From assembly GCA_038246975.1 (NCBI GenBank), contig JBBRVJ010000001.1, positions 3,719 through 67,718 of the forward strand: a DNA stretch of 64,000 nucleotides, read 5' to 3'. The notes under the pieces are model-generated. The model was not told the origin of the DNA and did not search any database. It saw only the letters and a program-made list of their open reading frames with translations. The number at the start of each line of letters is the position of its first letter. The stretch's first letter is position 1. Source of the DNA: Rhodobacterales bacterium. GTDB taxonomy: Bacteria; Pseudomonadota; Alphaproteobacteria; Rhodobacterales; Rhodobacteraceae. Made by a program: the position numbers and the translations under genes. Positions 37,575-47,114 of the stretch are shown one piece after another.

Positions 37575-38804
37575 TCAGTCAAGGTACTTGGACATCAAAA
37601 GCGTGGCATTGGTGCCACCGAACCCGAACGAGTTCGACAGGACCGAGTCAAGCTCCACGTTCTCCTGCAACACCGTGACGATTTCGGAAGGGTCAAGGTC
37701 GGGGTCCAGCGTGGTGATGTTGGCCGAGGCCGCGATGAAATTGCCCTGCATCATCAAAAGGCTATAGATCGCTTCATGCACGCCGGTCGCCCCCAGGCTG
37801 TGACCGGTCAGCGATTTGGTCGAGGACACCGGCGGCGTGTGCCCGCGCCCGAACACCCGGCGGATCGCCTGCATTTCGGTCACGTCGCCGACCGAGGTCG
37901 AGGTGCCGTGGCTGTTGATATAGGCCACCTTGCGGTCTTGCGGCAGGGTGGCAATCGCCAGCCGCATCGACCGCTCGCCACCTTCACCCGAGGGGGCCAC
38001 CATGTCATAGCCGTCCGATGTGGCGCCATAACCGGTCACTTCGGCATAGATTTTCGCACCGCGCGCGCGGGCATGTTCCAACTCTTCCAGCACCACCACC
38101 CCGCCGCCGCCTGCAATCACAAACCCGTCGCGCGAGGCGTCATAGGGGCGCGAGGCGGTCTGCGGCGTGTCGTTGTATTTCGACGACATCGCCCCCATCG
38201 CGTCGAACAGGCACGACAGCGTCCAGTCCAGTTCCTCGCCGCCGCCCGCGAACAGCACGTCCTGTTTGCCCATCTGGATCAGTTCGACCCCGTTGCCGAT
38301 GCAATGGGCGGATGTGGAGCAGGCCGAGGTGATCGAATAGTTCACGCCCTTGATCTTGAACGGCGTGGCAAGGCAGGCCGAGTTGGTGGACGACATGCCC
38401 TTGGTCACCATGAACGGCCCCATCCGTTTGGGCGACCCGGTTTCGCGCACGATGTTGTGGGCGCGGTAGAAGGATTTCGTCGAAGGCCCGCCCGACCCCA
38501 TGATCAGGCCGGTGCGGTCGTTCGACACGTCCGACGGCTCCAGCCCGGAATCCTTGACCGCCTGATCCATGGCGATGAAGTTATAGGCCGCCCCGTCGCC
38601 CATGAATCGCAGGTCGCGCTTGTCGATGTGATCGGCCAGCACGATCTGCGGCTCGCCATGCACCCGGCAGCGAAAACCGTGTTCGGCATAGTCAGGGGCG
38701 GCCACGATGCCGGACTTGCCGCTGCGCAAGCTGGCCTCAACCTCGGCTACGGTGTTGCCGATGGACGAAACGATGCCCATCCCGGTGATGACGACGCGAC
38801 GCAT
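37575..38804 (-). CDS. fabB: 3-oxoacyl-[ACP] synthase I FabB
   Basis: Near-colinear by-eye match to E. coli FabB ([52 protein letters not shown]). Confidence 0.95.
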   Translation of the reverse strand: MRRVVITGMGIVSSIGNTVAEVEASLRSGKSGIVAAPDYAEHGFRCRVHGEPQIVLADHIDKRDLRFMGDGAAYNFIAMDQAVKDSGLEPSDVSNDRTGLIMGSGGPSTKSFYRAHNIVRETGSPKRMGPFMVTKGMSSTNSACLATPFKIKGVNYSITSACSTSAHCIGNGVELIQMGKQDVLFAGGGEELDWTLSCLFDAMGAMSSKYNDTPQTASRPYDASRDGFVIAGGGGVVVLEELEHARARGAKIYAEVTGYGATSDGYDMVAPSGEGGERSMRLAIATLPQDRKVAYINSHGTSTSVGDVTEMQAIRRVFGRGHTPPVSSTKSLTGHSLGATGVHEAIYSLLMMQGNFIAASANITTLDPDLDPSEIVTVLQENVELDSVLSNSFGFGGTNATLLMSKYLD

Positions 38805-38916
38805 GGGGGCCTCCTCAAGTGGCGTGGGCTATGTTTAAGGCAGTGGGGAGGAGGGGGCAAGCAGGGATGGGTCAAGGGGGCCCAAGCGGTCCTTCCGGTC
38901 TCACGTCATTGCCGTT

Positions 38917-39429
38917 TCAGGCCGGGGCCACGCCATTCTGTGTATAAGTTCGACCATCAGTGGCAAGCCAGACCCCTGCGTCAAAGGAAACCGGGCCTTC
39001 GGGCCAGCAGGCAATCGTTCCGAAAACCCATTGGTCGAATGGCATCGGCATGGCGTCTACGATGCGGTAATTGTCCACCGTGACAAAGCGCAACCTGTCG
39101 CCTGTGTCATAGCCATACCCGTGTCCCGTGCTGTCGGTCGCGACGAGCAGAACATCCGCCTTGGCCCCAAGCTTCAGGATCTGCTGGTCGCGGAAATAGT
39201 CGGATATGGCGCTGATTGGACCGGGCAGGATGACCAGATGCGCAGGAAAATTCTCTGGTTCTTCCGCGCCCTTGATCTCACACGGACCGATTTCGGACAT
39301 CACGCGTTCATATGGTTTGGGAATTCCGCCACAAAACACAAACGGTCTTTGGATCGCATCTGTGTCAGCAACGGTACGATGCCGTATCTGGAGCGCCTGT
39401 TGTCGCGAGAAACGGTCGAATCGCAGCAT
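38917..39429 (-). CDS. Hypothetical 170-aa protein inserted between fabA and fabB
   Basis: The ATG overlaps the fabA stop (TGATG). [22 protein letters not shown]...ATDSTGHGYGYDTGDRLRFVTVDN...; no family recognised. Visibly lower GC than the flanks (by eye). Confidence 0.6.
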   Translation of the reverse strand: MLRFDRFSRQQALQIRHRTVADTDAIQRPFVFCGGIPKPYERVMSEIGPCEIKGAEEPENFPAHLVILPGPISAISDYFRDQQILKLGAKADVLLVATDSTGHGYGYDTGDRLRFVTVDNYRIVDAMPMPFDQWVFGTIACWPEGPVSFDAGVWLATDGRTYTQNGVAPA

Positions 39430-39938
39430 CACGCCTCGCTCAACGCCACCTTCATATCCTTGACCAGATAGATCACCTCGCCGTCCGCCTCGACCCGACC
39501 ATCGGCCACGCCCATCGTCAGGCGGCGGCTCTGGATTGCCTTTGTGAAATCGACGAAGTACCGCAGCATCTTGCGGTCCGGCCGCACCATTCCGGTCAGT
39601 TTGACCTCGCCCACGCCCAGCGCATAGCCGCGCCCCTGCCAGCCGCGCCAGCCGAGGTTGAAGCCGGTCAACTGCCATAGCCCGTCCAGCCCCAGACATC
39701 CCGGCATGATCGGGTTGCCGGGGAAGTGGCACTCAAAGAACCACAGGTCGGGGTGCACGTCGAACTCGGCGACGATATGGCCCTTGCCATGCGCGCCGCC
39801 ATCGGACGACACTTCGGTGATGCGGTCCATCATCAGCATCGGAGGGGCCGGCAACTGGGCATTGCCGGGGCCAAACAACTCGCCCCGCGCGCAGGCCAGC
39901 AGAGCCTGCTTGTCGAATGCCGTCGGAAAATCACCCAT
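39429..39938 (-). CDS. fabA: 3-hydroxydecanoyl-[ACP] dehydratase / trans-2-decenoyl-ACP isomerase FabA
   Basis: 169 aa; [24 protein letters not shown] active-site region typical of FabA. Confidence 0.95.
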   Translation of the reverse strand: MGDFPTAFDKQALLACARGELFGPGNAQLPAPPMLMMDRITEVSSDGGAHGKGHIVAEFDVHPDLWFFECHFPGNPIMPGCLGLDGLWQLTGFNLGWRGWQGRGYALGVGEVKLTGMVRPDRKMLRYFVDFTKAIQSRRLTMGVADGRVEADGEVIYLVKDMKVALSEA

Positions 39939-40151
39939 GCCTGCCGTCGCTCCCGCCCATTCGCCGTCTGTTTCCTATCGCCGCAGGGGCGCGGTGGCAA
40001 GTGCCGGGGGCTCAGGCCCAGCCATACGGCTCAGATCGCCCCCTGCCCCCCCAAACCGCCCGGCCATCGCGGTCACAATGCGGTTTTCCGACTGTATTCG
40101 TTTGAAATTCCCCGCCGCAGTCCTTTATATAACCGGACGGACAGTGATCGG

Positions 40152-40604
40152 ATGCGAGCAATGACGCGGACAGCTCAGGAACGGGGCACGGCTTGGTTGT
40201 CGAACGGGGGCTTGCGGCCTACGCGGCAGCGGCTTGCGCTGGCTGCACTGTTGGTCGGCGACGGCGAAAACCGGCATGTGACGGCGGAAAGCCTGTATGT
40301 CGCCGCCGAAGGAGCAGGCGAGAAGGTCAGCCTCGCCACCGTCTACAACACCCTGCGCGCCTTTTGCGCGGCGGGTCTGATGAACGAAGTCGTGGTCGAC
40401 GGCGCGCGCAGCTATTTCGACACCCGCATGGATGACCATCCGCATTTCTATTGGGAAGATACTCACGTCCTGACCGACGCCCCTGCCGACACGCTGGCCA
40501 TCACTGGCCTGCCGACCGCACCGGACGGCACGCAGATCGCCCGTGTCGATGTGGTGATCCGGTTGAAACGGGCCGAGCTTTCGCCCGCAAGGCAGGCAGA
40601 ATAG
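40152..40604 (+). CDS. irr: Fur-family iron response regulator (Irr-like)
   Basis: GLRPTRQRLALAALLVGDGENRHVTAESLY...LATVYNTLRAF, a Fur-family wHTH. Divergent from fabA, as is common in alphaproteobacteria. Start 40152 or 40161. Confidence 0.8.
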   Translation: MRAMTRTAQERGTAWLSNGGLRPTRQRLALAALLVGDGENRHVTAESLYVAAEGAGEKVSLATVYNTLRAFCAAGLMNEVVVDGARSYFDTRMDDHPHFYWEDTHVLTDAPADTLAITGLPTAPDGTQIARVDVVIRLKRAELSPARQAE

Positions 40605-40775
40605 GCACGCAAGCCCGCCAATGCCGTCCGCCCGTGACGATATCTTGTAATGTCCGCCGATTTTCTGCACCACCGGGGGAACCCCCCGCAGCCTTGCGGG
40701 CTTGGGCCAGCGCGCGATGCGCGAGCCGCCCCAACCGGGCGGCGTCGCGCCAAGATCATGACAAGGGGACACAGC

Positions 40776-41591
40776 ATGTTGATCCGGTTTGGCTATGACA
40801 TCACGGTGTCCTGCGGGCAGGACACTTCCATGATCTGCCTCCTGTCGATCCGTGACGAACGGCGCAGCGATCTGCGGATGGCGGAAAGCGTGGCCCTGAC
40901 GCCGGACATGCCCAGCACCCTGTACCGCGACCTGTTCGGCAATATCTGCCGGCGGTTCGTGGCCCCCCCCGGTTCAATGCGGTTGTGGGGCGACGGGATT
41001 GTCGCGGACTCCGGATTGCTTGATCCGTTTGAACCCATGGCGCATGAAACTCCGATTGCCAACCTGCCCGACGACACACTGCTGTATCTGCTGGGCAGCC
41101 GCTATTGCGAAACCGACCGGCTGAGCCAGATCGCATGGGACCTGTTCGGCGATCTGCCGCACGGCTGGGCGCGGGTTCAGGCGATTTGCGACTATGTACA
41201 TGGCCACATCGCGTTCAACTACCAGAATGCGCGCTTCACCCGCACCGCCTATGAGGCGTGGCAGGAACAGACCGGCGTGTGCCGCGACTTTGCCCATCTG
41301 GCGATTGCCCTGATCCGCTGCATGAACATCCCCGCGCGCTATGTGAACGGCTACTTGGGCGACATCGGCGTGCCGGTGGTGCTGCCGATGGACTATTCGG
41401 CCTGGATCGAGGTTTTTGTCGGAGGGCGCTGGATGACCTTCGATCCGCGCAACAACAAGCCCCGAATCGGGCGGATCAAGGTAGCGCTGGGAAGGGATGC
41501 CGCCGATGTGCCGCTGATCCATTCGTTCGGCCCGCACCTGCTGCAAGAGTTCAAGGTGTGGTGTTACGAAGTCGACGAGGTGCCTGCATAG
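40776..41591 (+). CDS. Transglutaminase-like cysteine protease family protein
   Basis: QTGVCRDFAHLAIALIRCMNIPARYVNGY (Cys nucleophile context) and ...SAWIEVFVGGRWMTFDP (His/Asp region). 271 aa. Confidence 0.85.
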   Translation: MLIRFGYDITVSCGQDTSMICLLSIRDERRSDLRMAESVALTPDMPSTLYRDLFGNICRRFVAPPGSMRLWGDGIVADSGLLDPFEPMAHETPIANLPDDTLLYLLGSRYCETDRLSQIAWDLFGDLPHGWARVQAICDYVHGHIAFNYQNARFTRTAYEAWQEQTGVCRDFAHLAIALIRCMNIPARYVNGYLGDIGVPVVLPMDYSAWIEVFVGGRWMTFDPRNNKPRIGRIKVALGRDAADVPLIHSFGPHLLQEFKVWCYEVDEVPA

Positions 41592-41620
41592 GGCAAAATC
41601 GTCCCGCACAAGGGGTAATC

Positions 41621-41694
41621 TGGAGCGGGCGGCGGGAATCGAACCCGCGTCTTTAGCTTGGAAGGCTAAGGTCTTACCATTACACAACGCCCGC
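41621..41694 (-). tRNA. tRNA-Gly (anticodon UCC), CCA encoded
   Basis: The minus strand reads GCGGGCGTTGTGTAATGGTAAGACCTTAGCCTTCCAAGCTAAAGACGCGGGTTCGATTCCCGCCGCCCGCTCCA. Cloverleaf with 7-bp acceptor, anticodon loop CTTCCAA and T-loop TTCGATT. Very close to E. coli glyT by eye. Confidence 0.9.
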
Positions 41695-41798
41695 TCAGGG
41701 GATCAAGAGTTATTTCATGCCCGTTCCGGGGTCAAGGTGCGACCAACAAATGGAACGAAGATCACGATGGACAAGCCGCAAGCCGTCACTATCGGAGT

Positions 41799-42023
41799 GT
41801 GAGACTGGCTTTCGCACGGCATTTCACAGACGAAAAGGATGCGAGGCTGCCGGTGCTGATCGACGCAATTCGCCAGCGCACGCCGATCACCTGCGTTTCA
41901 AGCCACAACGACTGGGCATCGAAATCTTGCCCGGTCTTTTCCTTGCACAGATGGATCACCCGGGCGTTCGTCGCTGCCGTGAAGACCCTGGCCCATAGGG
42001 CCTCCTTCGGTTCCACCCCCTGA
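41799..42023 (+). pseudogene. C-terminal fragment of an N-acetylmuramoyl-L-alanine amidase (T7-lysozyme / AmpD, amidase_2 type)
   Basis: ...FTDEKDARLPVLIDAIRQRTPITCVSSHNDWASKSCPVFSLHRWI aligns by eye with the T7 lysozyme C-terminus FTPAQMQSLRSLLVTLL...HHEVAPKACPSFDLKRWW (His and Cys zinc ligands kept). Only about 105 nt separate it from the tRNA, so the N-terminal half of the domain cannot be present. Confidence 0.4.
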
Positions 42024-42174
42024 CTGGAAAAGCCCCTTGGCCGTCGAACGCAAGGCCGCTTGACATGAACAGCAGACCGGGTCGAACCTAGGGCAGGTCC
42101 CAACTGACCCCGATCGGTGAGCAATTTTGACCCGCTCGGCTAAAGGCGATCAACTGCGCGTTGTGGATCGAAGC

Positions 42175-43203
42175 CTATCTTGCGCCCCAGGTGTCGGACA
42201 GCCGGTAGCCTTCGGGCCACGGATCAGCCGGGTCGAGCATGTGTTGGTGCATGCCCGTGATCCAGGCACGGCCGGAAATTTCGGGGATCACTGCGGCCCG
42301 ATTGCCGACTGTGGTTTTTCCGACGATGCGCCCCTCGAATGTGGACCCTATGACCGACACGATGGTCAGTCGGTCATCCAGCCCCATCTCTCCCTTGGCA
42401 TAAAGAATCGCCATGCGGGCCGACAAGGCCGTGCCTGTGGGCGAGCGGTCGACTTTTCCGGGCTGCACCGCAACCGCAGATCCGGCGCGCAGCCTGTGCC
42501 CATCCCGGATGACGGGGCCAGCGAAAAGGCAAAACGAGAAATGGGTCCAGTCAGGGTTCTCGGGATGGTGAAACCGCAATTGGGCGTTGGCGGCATTGGT
42601 GATCCTGACGCCGGTCCTGGCGATGAAATGCGCCTCGTCCTCGACCAGATTGAGGCCAAGCGCTGCGGCATCGACGATCACGAAACTGTCGCCACCATAG
42701 GCGGTGTCGACGGTCAGGGTGCCAAGGCCTTCGACCTCGAGCTTTACACCGAGATCGGCGGCAAAGCTGGGCAGGTTCTGCACGTAAATCCGTTCCGCCT
42801 TGCCATTCCTGCAGTCGGCACGCACCTGCACCAGCCCGCCCGGCGCCTCCAGCACCATCCGCGTTTCGGGCTCTTGCATCGGAACGATCCCGGCATCCAG
42901 CAGCACTGTGGCCACGCACATGGAATTAGAGCCGGACATCGGCGGCGTGTCCTCCGGCTCCATGATGATGAAGGCTGCATCCGCAGTCGGGTCCTTCGGC
43001 GGCACCAACAGGTTTACATGGCGGAACACACCGCCGCGCGGTTCATTCAGGACAAAGTTGCGCAGGGTCTGATCCTTGGCGATCCAGCGCGACTGTTCCC
43101 ACAGCGTCGCCCCCGGCGGGGGCAGCACGCCGCCAACTATGACATCGCCAACCTCGCCCTCGGCATGGGCGGAGATCACATGGATCGTCTTGGTGCTGCG
43201 CAT
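42175..43203 (-). CDS. Proline racemase / hydroxyproline epimerase superfamily protein with Ser/Thr instead of Cys/Cys at the catalytic positions
   Basis: 342 aa from the ATG at 43203 (AGGAA SD). Motifs PPMSGSNSM (vs MCGH) and [11 protein letters not shown] (vs DRSPCGTGTSA). Confidence 0.85.
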   Translation of the reverse strand: MRSTKTIHVISAHAEGEVGDVIVGGVLPPPGATLWEQSRWIAKDQTLRNFVLNEPRGGVFRHVNLLVPPKDPTADAAFIIMEPEDTPPMSGSNSMCVATVLLDAGIVPMQEPETRMVLEAPGGLVQVRADCRNGKAERIYVQNLPSFAADLGVKLEVEGLGTLTVDTAYGGDSFVIVDAAALGLNLVEDEAHFIARTGVRITNAANAQLRFHHPENPDWTHFSFCLFAGPVIRDGHRLRAGSAVAVQPGKVDRSPTGTALSARMAILYAKGEMGLDDRLTIVSVIGSTFEGRIVGKTTVGNRAAVIPEISGRAWITGMHQHMLDPADPWPEGYRLSDTWGAR

Positions 43204-43204
43204 T

Positions 43205-44884
43205 TTATTCCTGACCGAGCCAACTGGGCGACGAAGCGGGGGCAAGCCCGGTCCGTGCCGTTTCCGCGCAATCGGCCAGAGAGCCGAACCGCACTTTGCG
43301 GCCCGACAGGCCGGGCGCGTAATGGGCATATTTGCCCGAATTGGTCATCAGGCTGTGGGCCTTTGGTGGCAGCAGCGGTTCGGTGATCGAACACCAGCAG
43401 ATATCGGGGAAAACCTGCGCCCCGAACGCCTCTAACCGTGCGAGGGTGCCATCCGCGCGGGCATAGGCCAGCACGTTCTGGCCGACCGTCACGATGACTT
43501 CTGTCCCATCCGTACGGTGACCGATGGCCAGATCGGCCAGCGCATGACATTCCGAAAGCGAGAAATGCGGGCTGCCGAAGGCGATCAGATCAATCTGGCG
43601 CGGACCTTGGTTCAGTTCGGCCCACACGCGGACAAGATCGGCGCGGGTCACGGTAAACAGATCAGCCGGTTCGGTGAAATCAGCAGCCTCGGGCGTGTGG
43701 CCCGCCACATGCAACATCGGCGCGGCAGAGGTGGTGCCAAAGGCCGCGCACATCGCCTTGAGGTCATCGCGTGACGGTGTCGTGGCCTCCAGTCCGGTCA
43801 GGATCGGGATGCGGTCCGGCGCGAGTTGCCCGGCGATGTATCCAAGCATCGGCCAAAGCGCGTCGTCATGGCCGGCAGGCAGGTCGATGTGAATCCGCCG
43901 GCGGGGGGCGCGGTTGCCGGTCAGATAAACGCCCGACAGTGGCGCACGCCCGGTCATGGCGATGAAAAGATCAAGGTAGTCGGGGTGTTTCACCGTCCGC
44001 GCCGCCAAGACCGAATTGGCAAAGATCACCGCGTTCGATTCCGACCAACCGATATTTTCGCCCGCCACGGGCGCGGTGTCGAGAAGATAGGGGGCACAGG
44101 TAAAGGTCGGGCGCGCGCCCATCGTGACATAGGCATCCGCCAGACGTGCGGCGCGAAGCCCGAAATCGGGCGGCACGCCCTGAGTCCGCCAATTGCCATG
44201 ATCGACCGAAATTGCGTTCATCGTCGTCGGGATACTGACCCGCCCGCCCATCTCGGCCATCGTTTCGGCAAAGCGCAGGTTCGCGGTATTGGCCAGAATG
44301 CAGCCGTCGATGTGGCCTTGGGTAACATCGACAAGCGCCGGGGCACCCTGCAACGCTGCCATCGCGCAGATCACTTCCATCGCGATGCGCCGGGCGGAGC
44401 CATCCGTCCCGGCCAGCATGGCATGGTCTTCTGGCGAAAGCTCCAGATTTGCGATGGGCAAGGGGGCCAATGGCAGGGCGTTTCCGTCCACGATCAGGGC
44501 GTCTTCCGTCAATTCTGCGCTCTGGCCTGCTGCCGCAATTGCAAACGCCCCGGGACCAAGGCGCAGCACCGGGACGGGGCGGTCAAACATCCGGCCCGCA
44601 ATCATCGCACCGAGTGTCACAACATCCTCTGCCTCGCGAAACACGAAGGCTGCCGGGGCGATGCCGTTCAACGCAAGATCGAGCATCACGCCGCTGCCGC
44701 TGCACGATCCGCGCGTCGTCGGCATCACCAGGACCTTGCCCGCAAGCGACTGCCCGCACAGCGGATGATGCGCGTCGATCACGATGCCCGTCAGCGGATC
44801 GACCCCGCCCCAGAAGCTCAGACCTTCATCGCAAGCCAGAATCCTGCCGGACGCCCGGCCGGGAATGATGGATGTTCCGGTCAT
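43205..44884 (-). CDS. Fused aconitase X (AcnX: DUF126 swivel domain + DUF521 catalytic domain), candidate cis-3-hydroxy-L-proline dehydratase
   Basis: The N-terminal about 130 aa, [56 protein letters not shown], is DUF126-like. The remainder is DUF521-like ([10 protein letters not shown]..., [15 protein letters not shown]). Confidence 0.8.
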   Translation of the reverse strand: MTGTSIIPGRASGRILACDEGLSFWGGVDPLTGIVIDAHHPLCGQSLAGKVLVMPTTRGSCSGSGVMLDLALNGIAPAAFVFREAEDVVTLGAMIAGRMFDRPVPVLRLGPGAFAIAAAGQSAELTEDALIVDGNALPLAPLPIANLELSPEDHAMLAGTDGSARRIAMEVICAMAALQGAPALVDVTQGHIDGCILANTANLRFAETMAEMGGRVSIPTTMNAISVDHGNWRTQGVPPDFGLRAARLADAYVTMGARPTFTCAPYLLDTAPVAGENIGWSESNAVIFANSVLAARTVKHPDYLDLFIAMTGRAPLSGVYLTGNRAPRRRIHIDLPAGHDDALWPMLGYIAGQLAPDRIPILTGLEATTPSRDDLKAMCAAFGTTSAAPMLHVAGHTPEAADFTEPADLFTVTRADLVRVWAELNQGPRQIDLIAFGSPHFSLSECHALADLAIGHRTDGTEVIVTVGQNVLAYARADGTLARLEAFGAQVFPDICWCSITEPLLPPKAHSLMTNSGKYAHYAPGLSGRKVRFGSLADCAETARTGLAPASSPSWLGQE

Positions 44885-44982
44885 CGGGCGGCAGGTCGCC
44901 GAGGGGACCGGGCGGTATCAAGCATGGCCTTGCCGCCCCGGGCCGCATCGGCGCTGTCTGGATGCATCTGTGGTGCCTTTTT

Positions 44983-45705
44983 CTAACGAACGTTGGAAAG
45001 AAACGCTCTTGTCTCGGGATGTTGCGGCGCGGTGAAGAATTGGTCCGGAGGAGCGATCTCGGCCAGAACGCCCTTGTGGAAAAACGCCACCCGGTTCGAC
45101 ACGTCGCGCGCAAAGCTCATCTCATGCGTGACACAGATCATCGTCATGCCGTCATTGGCCAACAGTTTCAGCGTATCCAGAACTTCGCCCACAAGCTGCG
45201 GGTCAAGCGCGGATGTGACCTCGTCGAACAGCACATAGGCTGGAGACATGGCCAAGGCGCGGGCAATCGCCATGCGTTGCTGCTGCCCCCCGGACAGTCG
45301 CCCCGGATAGACCGACAGCTTGTCGGCCAGACCCACATGGGTCAGTTGCTTGACGGCAATCGCCTCGGCCTCGGCATTGGTCATGCCAAGCACTTTTCTC
45401 GGGGCAAGCGTCACGTTTTCCAGCACGGTCAGATGCGGAAACGCGTTGAACTGTTGAAACACGATACCGATCTTGCGACGCAGCTTGTTCAGGTCGGTGG
45501 TCTTGGCGTGAACTTCGACCCCATCTACAAGGACGGAGCCCGAGTTGATCTGCTCCAGTCCGTTGATGCAGGTGAGCAAGGTCGATTTGCCCGAGCCGGA
45601 GCCGCCGATGACGGCGACAACTTCGCCTTTATCGACGGTCAGGTTGACGCCCTTGAGCACTTCAAGGGTGCCAAACGACTTATGGACGTTCTTGATTTCA
45701 ATCAT
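44983..45705 (-). CDS. Polar amino-acid ABC transporter ATP-binding protein
   Basis: MIEIKNVHKSFG..., Walker A GGSGSGKST, signature [15 protein letters not shown]. Confidence 0.9.
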   Translation of the reverse strand: MIEIKNVHKSFGTLEVLKGVNLTVDKGEVVAVIGGSGSGKSTLLTCINGLEQINSGSVLVDGVEVHAKTTDLNKLRRKIGIVFQQFNAFPHLTVLENVTLAPRKVLGMTNAEAEAIAVKQLTHVGLADKLSVYPGRLSGGQQQRMAIARALAMSPAYVLFDEVTSALDPQLVGEVLDTLKLLANDGMTMICVTHEMSFARDVSNRVAFFHKGVLAEIAPPDQFFTAPQHPETRAFLSNVR

Positions 45706-46351
45706 CTTCGCGCCACCGTTTTTCGAGTTGGCCACCCAGACGGGCAATTGGAAAGCTCATCAGGAAATAAATCGCACCCACGACCATCAGGATGAACATC
45801 GGTTCCTGAAGCCGTGTAACCAGAATCTGGCCCGACCGCAGCAATTCGATCAGACCCAACCACAGAACCAGCGCCGAGTCCTTCATGACGCCAAGCGTCA
45901 GGCCGATCCAGCTTGGCAGGGCGACGCGCAGCGCCATCGGAAAGACGATGAAACGCATATCCTGACCCCATGTCAGCCCAAGCGACCGGCCAGCGCGGCG
46001 CGTGACGGTCGGCACAGCATCAATCGCGCCCCGCACGATCTCGGTGCAATAGGCCGAAGTATAGAGGGCCAATACGATGCACGAGGTGGCAAAGGGCGGC
46101 ATGTTCAGCCCGGCAATGGCTTGAAAGGCGTTTGCCAGCACCAATTGGATCAGCAGCGGAACGGAGCGGAATACGTCCAGCACAAAGATCAGCGGCAAAG
46201 CGGCCCAGACGCTGATTTGCGCCCGCAGCACGCCGAACAAGAGACCCAGCAGCGTGCCGCCCGTCACAGCAAAGAAGGTAACCGCCAGCGTCATGCCCGC
46301 GCCTTTGAGCAGGAACATCAGATCACTCAGGGTCAGTGCGGTGTCAAACAT
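45698..46351 (-). CDS. Amino-acid ABC transporter permease
   Basis: 217 aa, His/Glu/Gln/Arg/opine-type permease topology and EAA-loop region. Confidence 0.9.
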   Translation of the reverse strand: MFDTALTLSDLMFLLKGAGMTLAVTFFAVTGGTLLGLLFGVLRAQISVWAALPLIFVLDVFRSVPLLIQLVLANAFQAIAGLNMPPFATSCIVLALYTSAYCTEIVRGAIDAVPTVTRRAGRSLGLTWGQDMRFIVFPMALRVALPSWIGLTLGVMKDSALVLWLGLIELLRSGQILVTRLQEPMFILMVVGAIYFLMSFPIARLGGQLEKRWREDD

Positions 46352-46366
46352 CGTGCTTCCCCCCCC

Positions 46367-47032
46367 TCAATACCGAAACAGCCGCGCCGCAAAAAGCCGC
46401 GCGCCGATCGTGACGGCCTTGGTGATCAGATAGTAGATCACCGCCGCAATCGCGAAGATTTCAAAGGTCCGGAAGCTTCGGACGTTGATGTCTTGCGTAA
46501 CCCCGGCCAGATCGGTGTTCATTCCCACCGTTACGCCCAGCGATGTCATCAGGATGGCCCAGACCATCTGGTTCGTCATCGGCAAGAAGGCGATGCGGAA
46601 CATCTGCGGCATGATGATCAGTCGAAAAGCCTGCATCGAGGGCATTCCAAGCGACCGGGCCGCACGCAGTTGGGTCCCCGGAATGGCGCGCAATGCACCG
46701 CGAAAAGTTTCCGCCAGGTAGCCTGCGTTGTTGAAGGTGATGCCTGCCAGCAGCGCCATATAAGGGCTGAGATAAATTCCGTAGGAGCCAAGGCCGAAAT
46801 GCGCCATGTAGATCTGAAACAAGGCCGGCGTGTTGCGCGAAACCTCTACCCAGACGCTGGCGGGGGCCGATGCCCATCGCGACCGCGAGTTTCGTGCCAC
46901 AGCAAGCAGAACTGCGAAAGCGATGCCCATTGCCATCGACAACAGCGTAATCTGCAAGGTCACCAACGCGCCATCCAGCAAAAGCGGAAGCTTCTGAAAG
47001 GCCTGCCGCCACTGGAAAGTATAGTCGAACAT
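46367..47032 (-). CDS. Amino-acid ABC transporter permease
   Basis: 221 aa, a paralog of the adjacent permease. Confidence 0.9.
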   Translation of the reverse strand: MFDYTFQWRQAFQKLPLLLDGALVTLQITLLSMAMGIAFAVLLAVARNSRSRWASAPASVWVEVSRNTPALFQIYMAHFGLGSYGIYLSPYMALLAGITFNNAGYLAETFRGALRAIPGTQLRAARSLGMPSMQAFRLIIMPQMFRIAFLPMTNQMVWAILMTSLGVTVGMNTDLAGVTQDINVRSFRTFEIFAIAAVIYYLITKAVTIGARLFAARLFRY

Positions 47033-47070
47033 TCTGGCACGTCCTCATTGCGGAGGGTCCAAGAAGGACA

Positions 47071-47089
47071 GGAGGGCAACGCGCCCTCC
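47071..47089 (-). terminator. GC hairpin between the SBP gene and the first permease gene (possible intra-operon attenuator)
   Basis: GGAGGGC-aacgc-GCCCTCC, about 25 nt after the SBP stop, followed on the minus strand by a T/C-rich tract. Confidence 0.35.
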
Positions 47090-47114
47090 CGTCCATTCTG
47101 GCATCAGATCCGTG

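Noticed and set aside
39939-40151. Irr/ICE-type box (TTTAGAA-N3-TTCTAAA) in the fabA-irr intergenic region
   Set aside because: Only a half-site-like GTTTGAAATTC is present. That is too weak to call.
41621-42174. Intact prophage or genomic island integrated at tRNA-Gly
   Set aside because: I could not see an integrase gene or a duplicated tRNA 3'-end (att) repeat. Only a truncated amidase-like fragment is present, and it lies on the 5' side of the tRNA gene.
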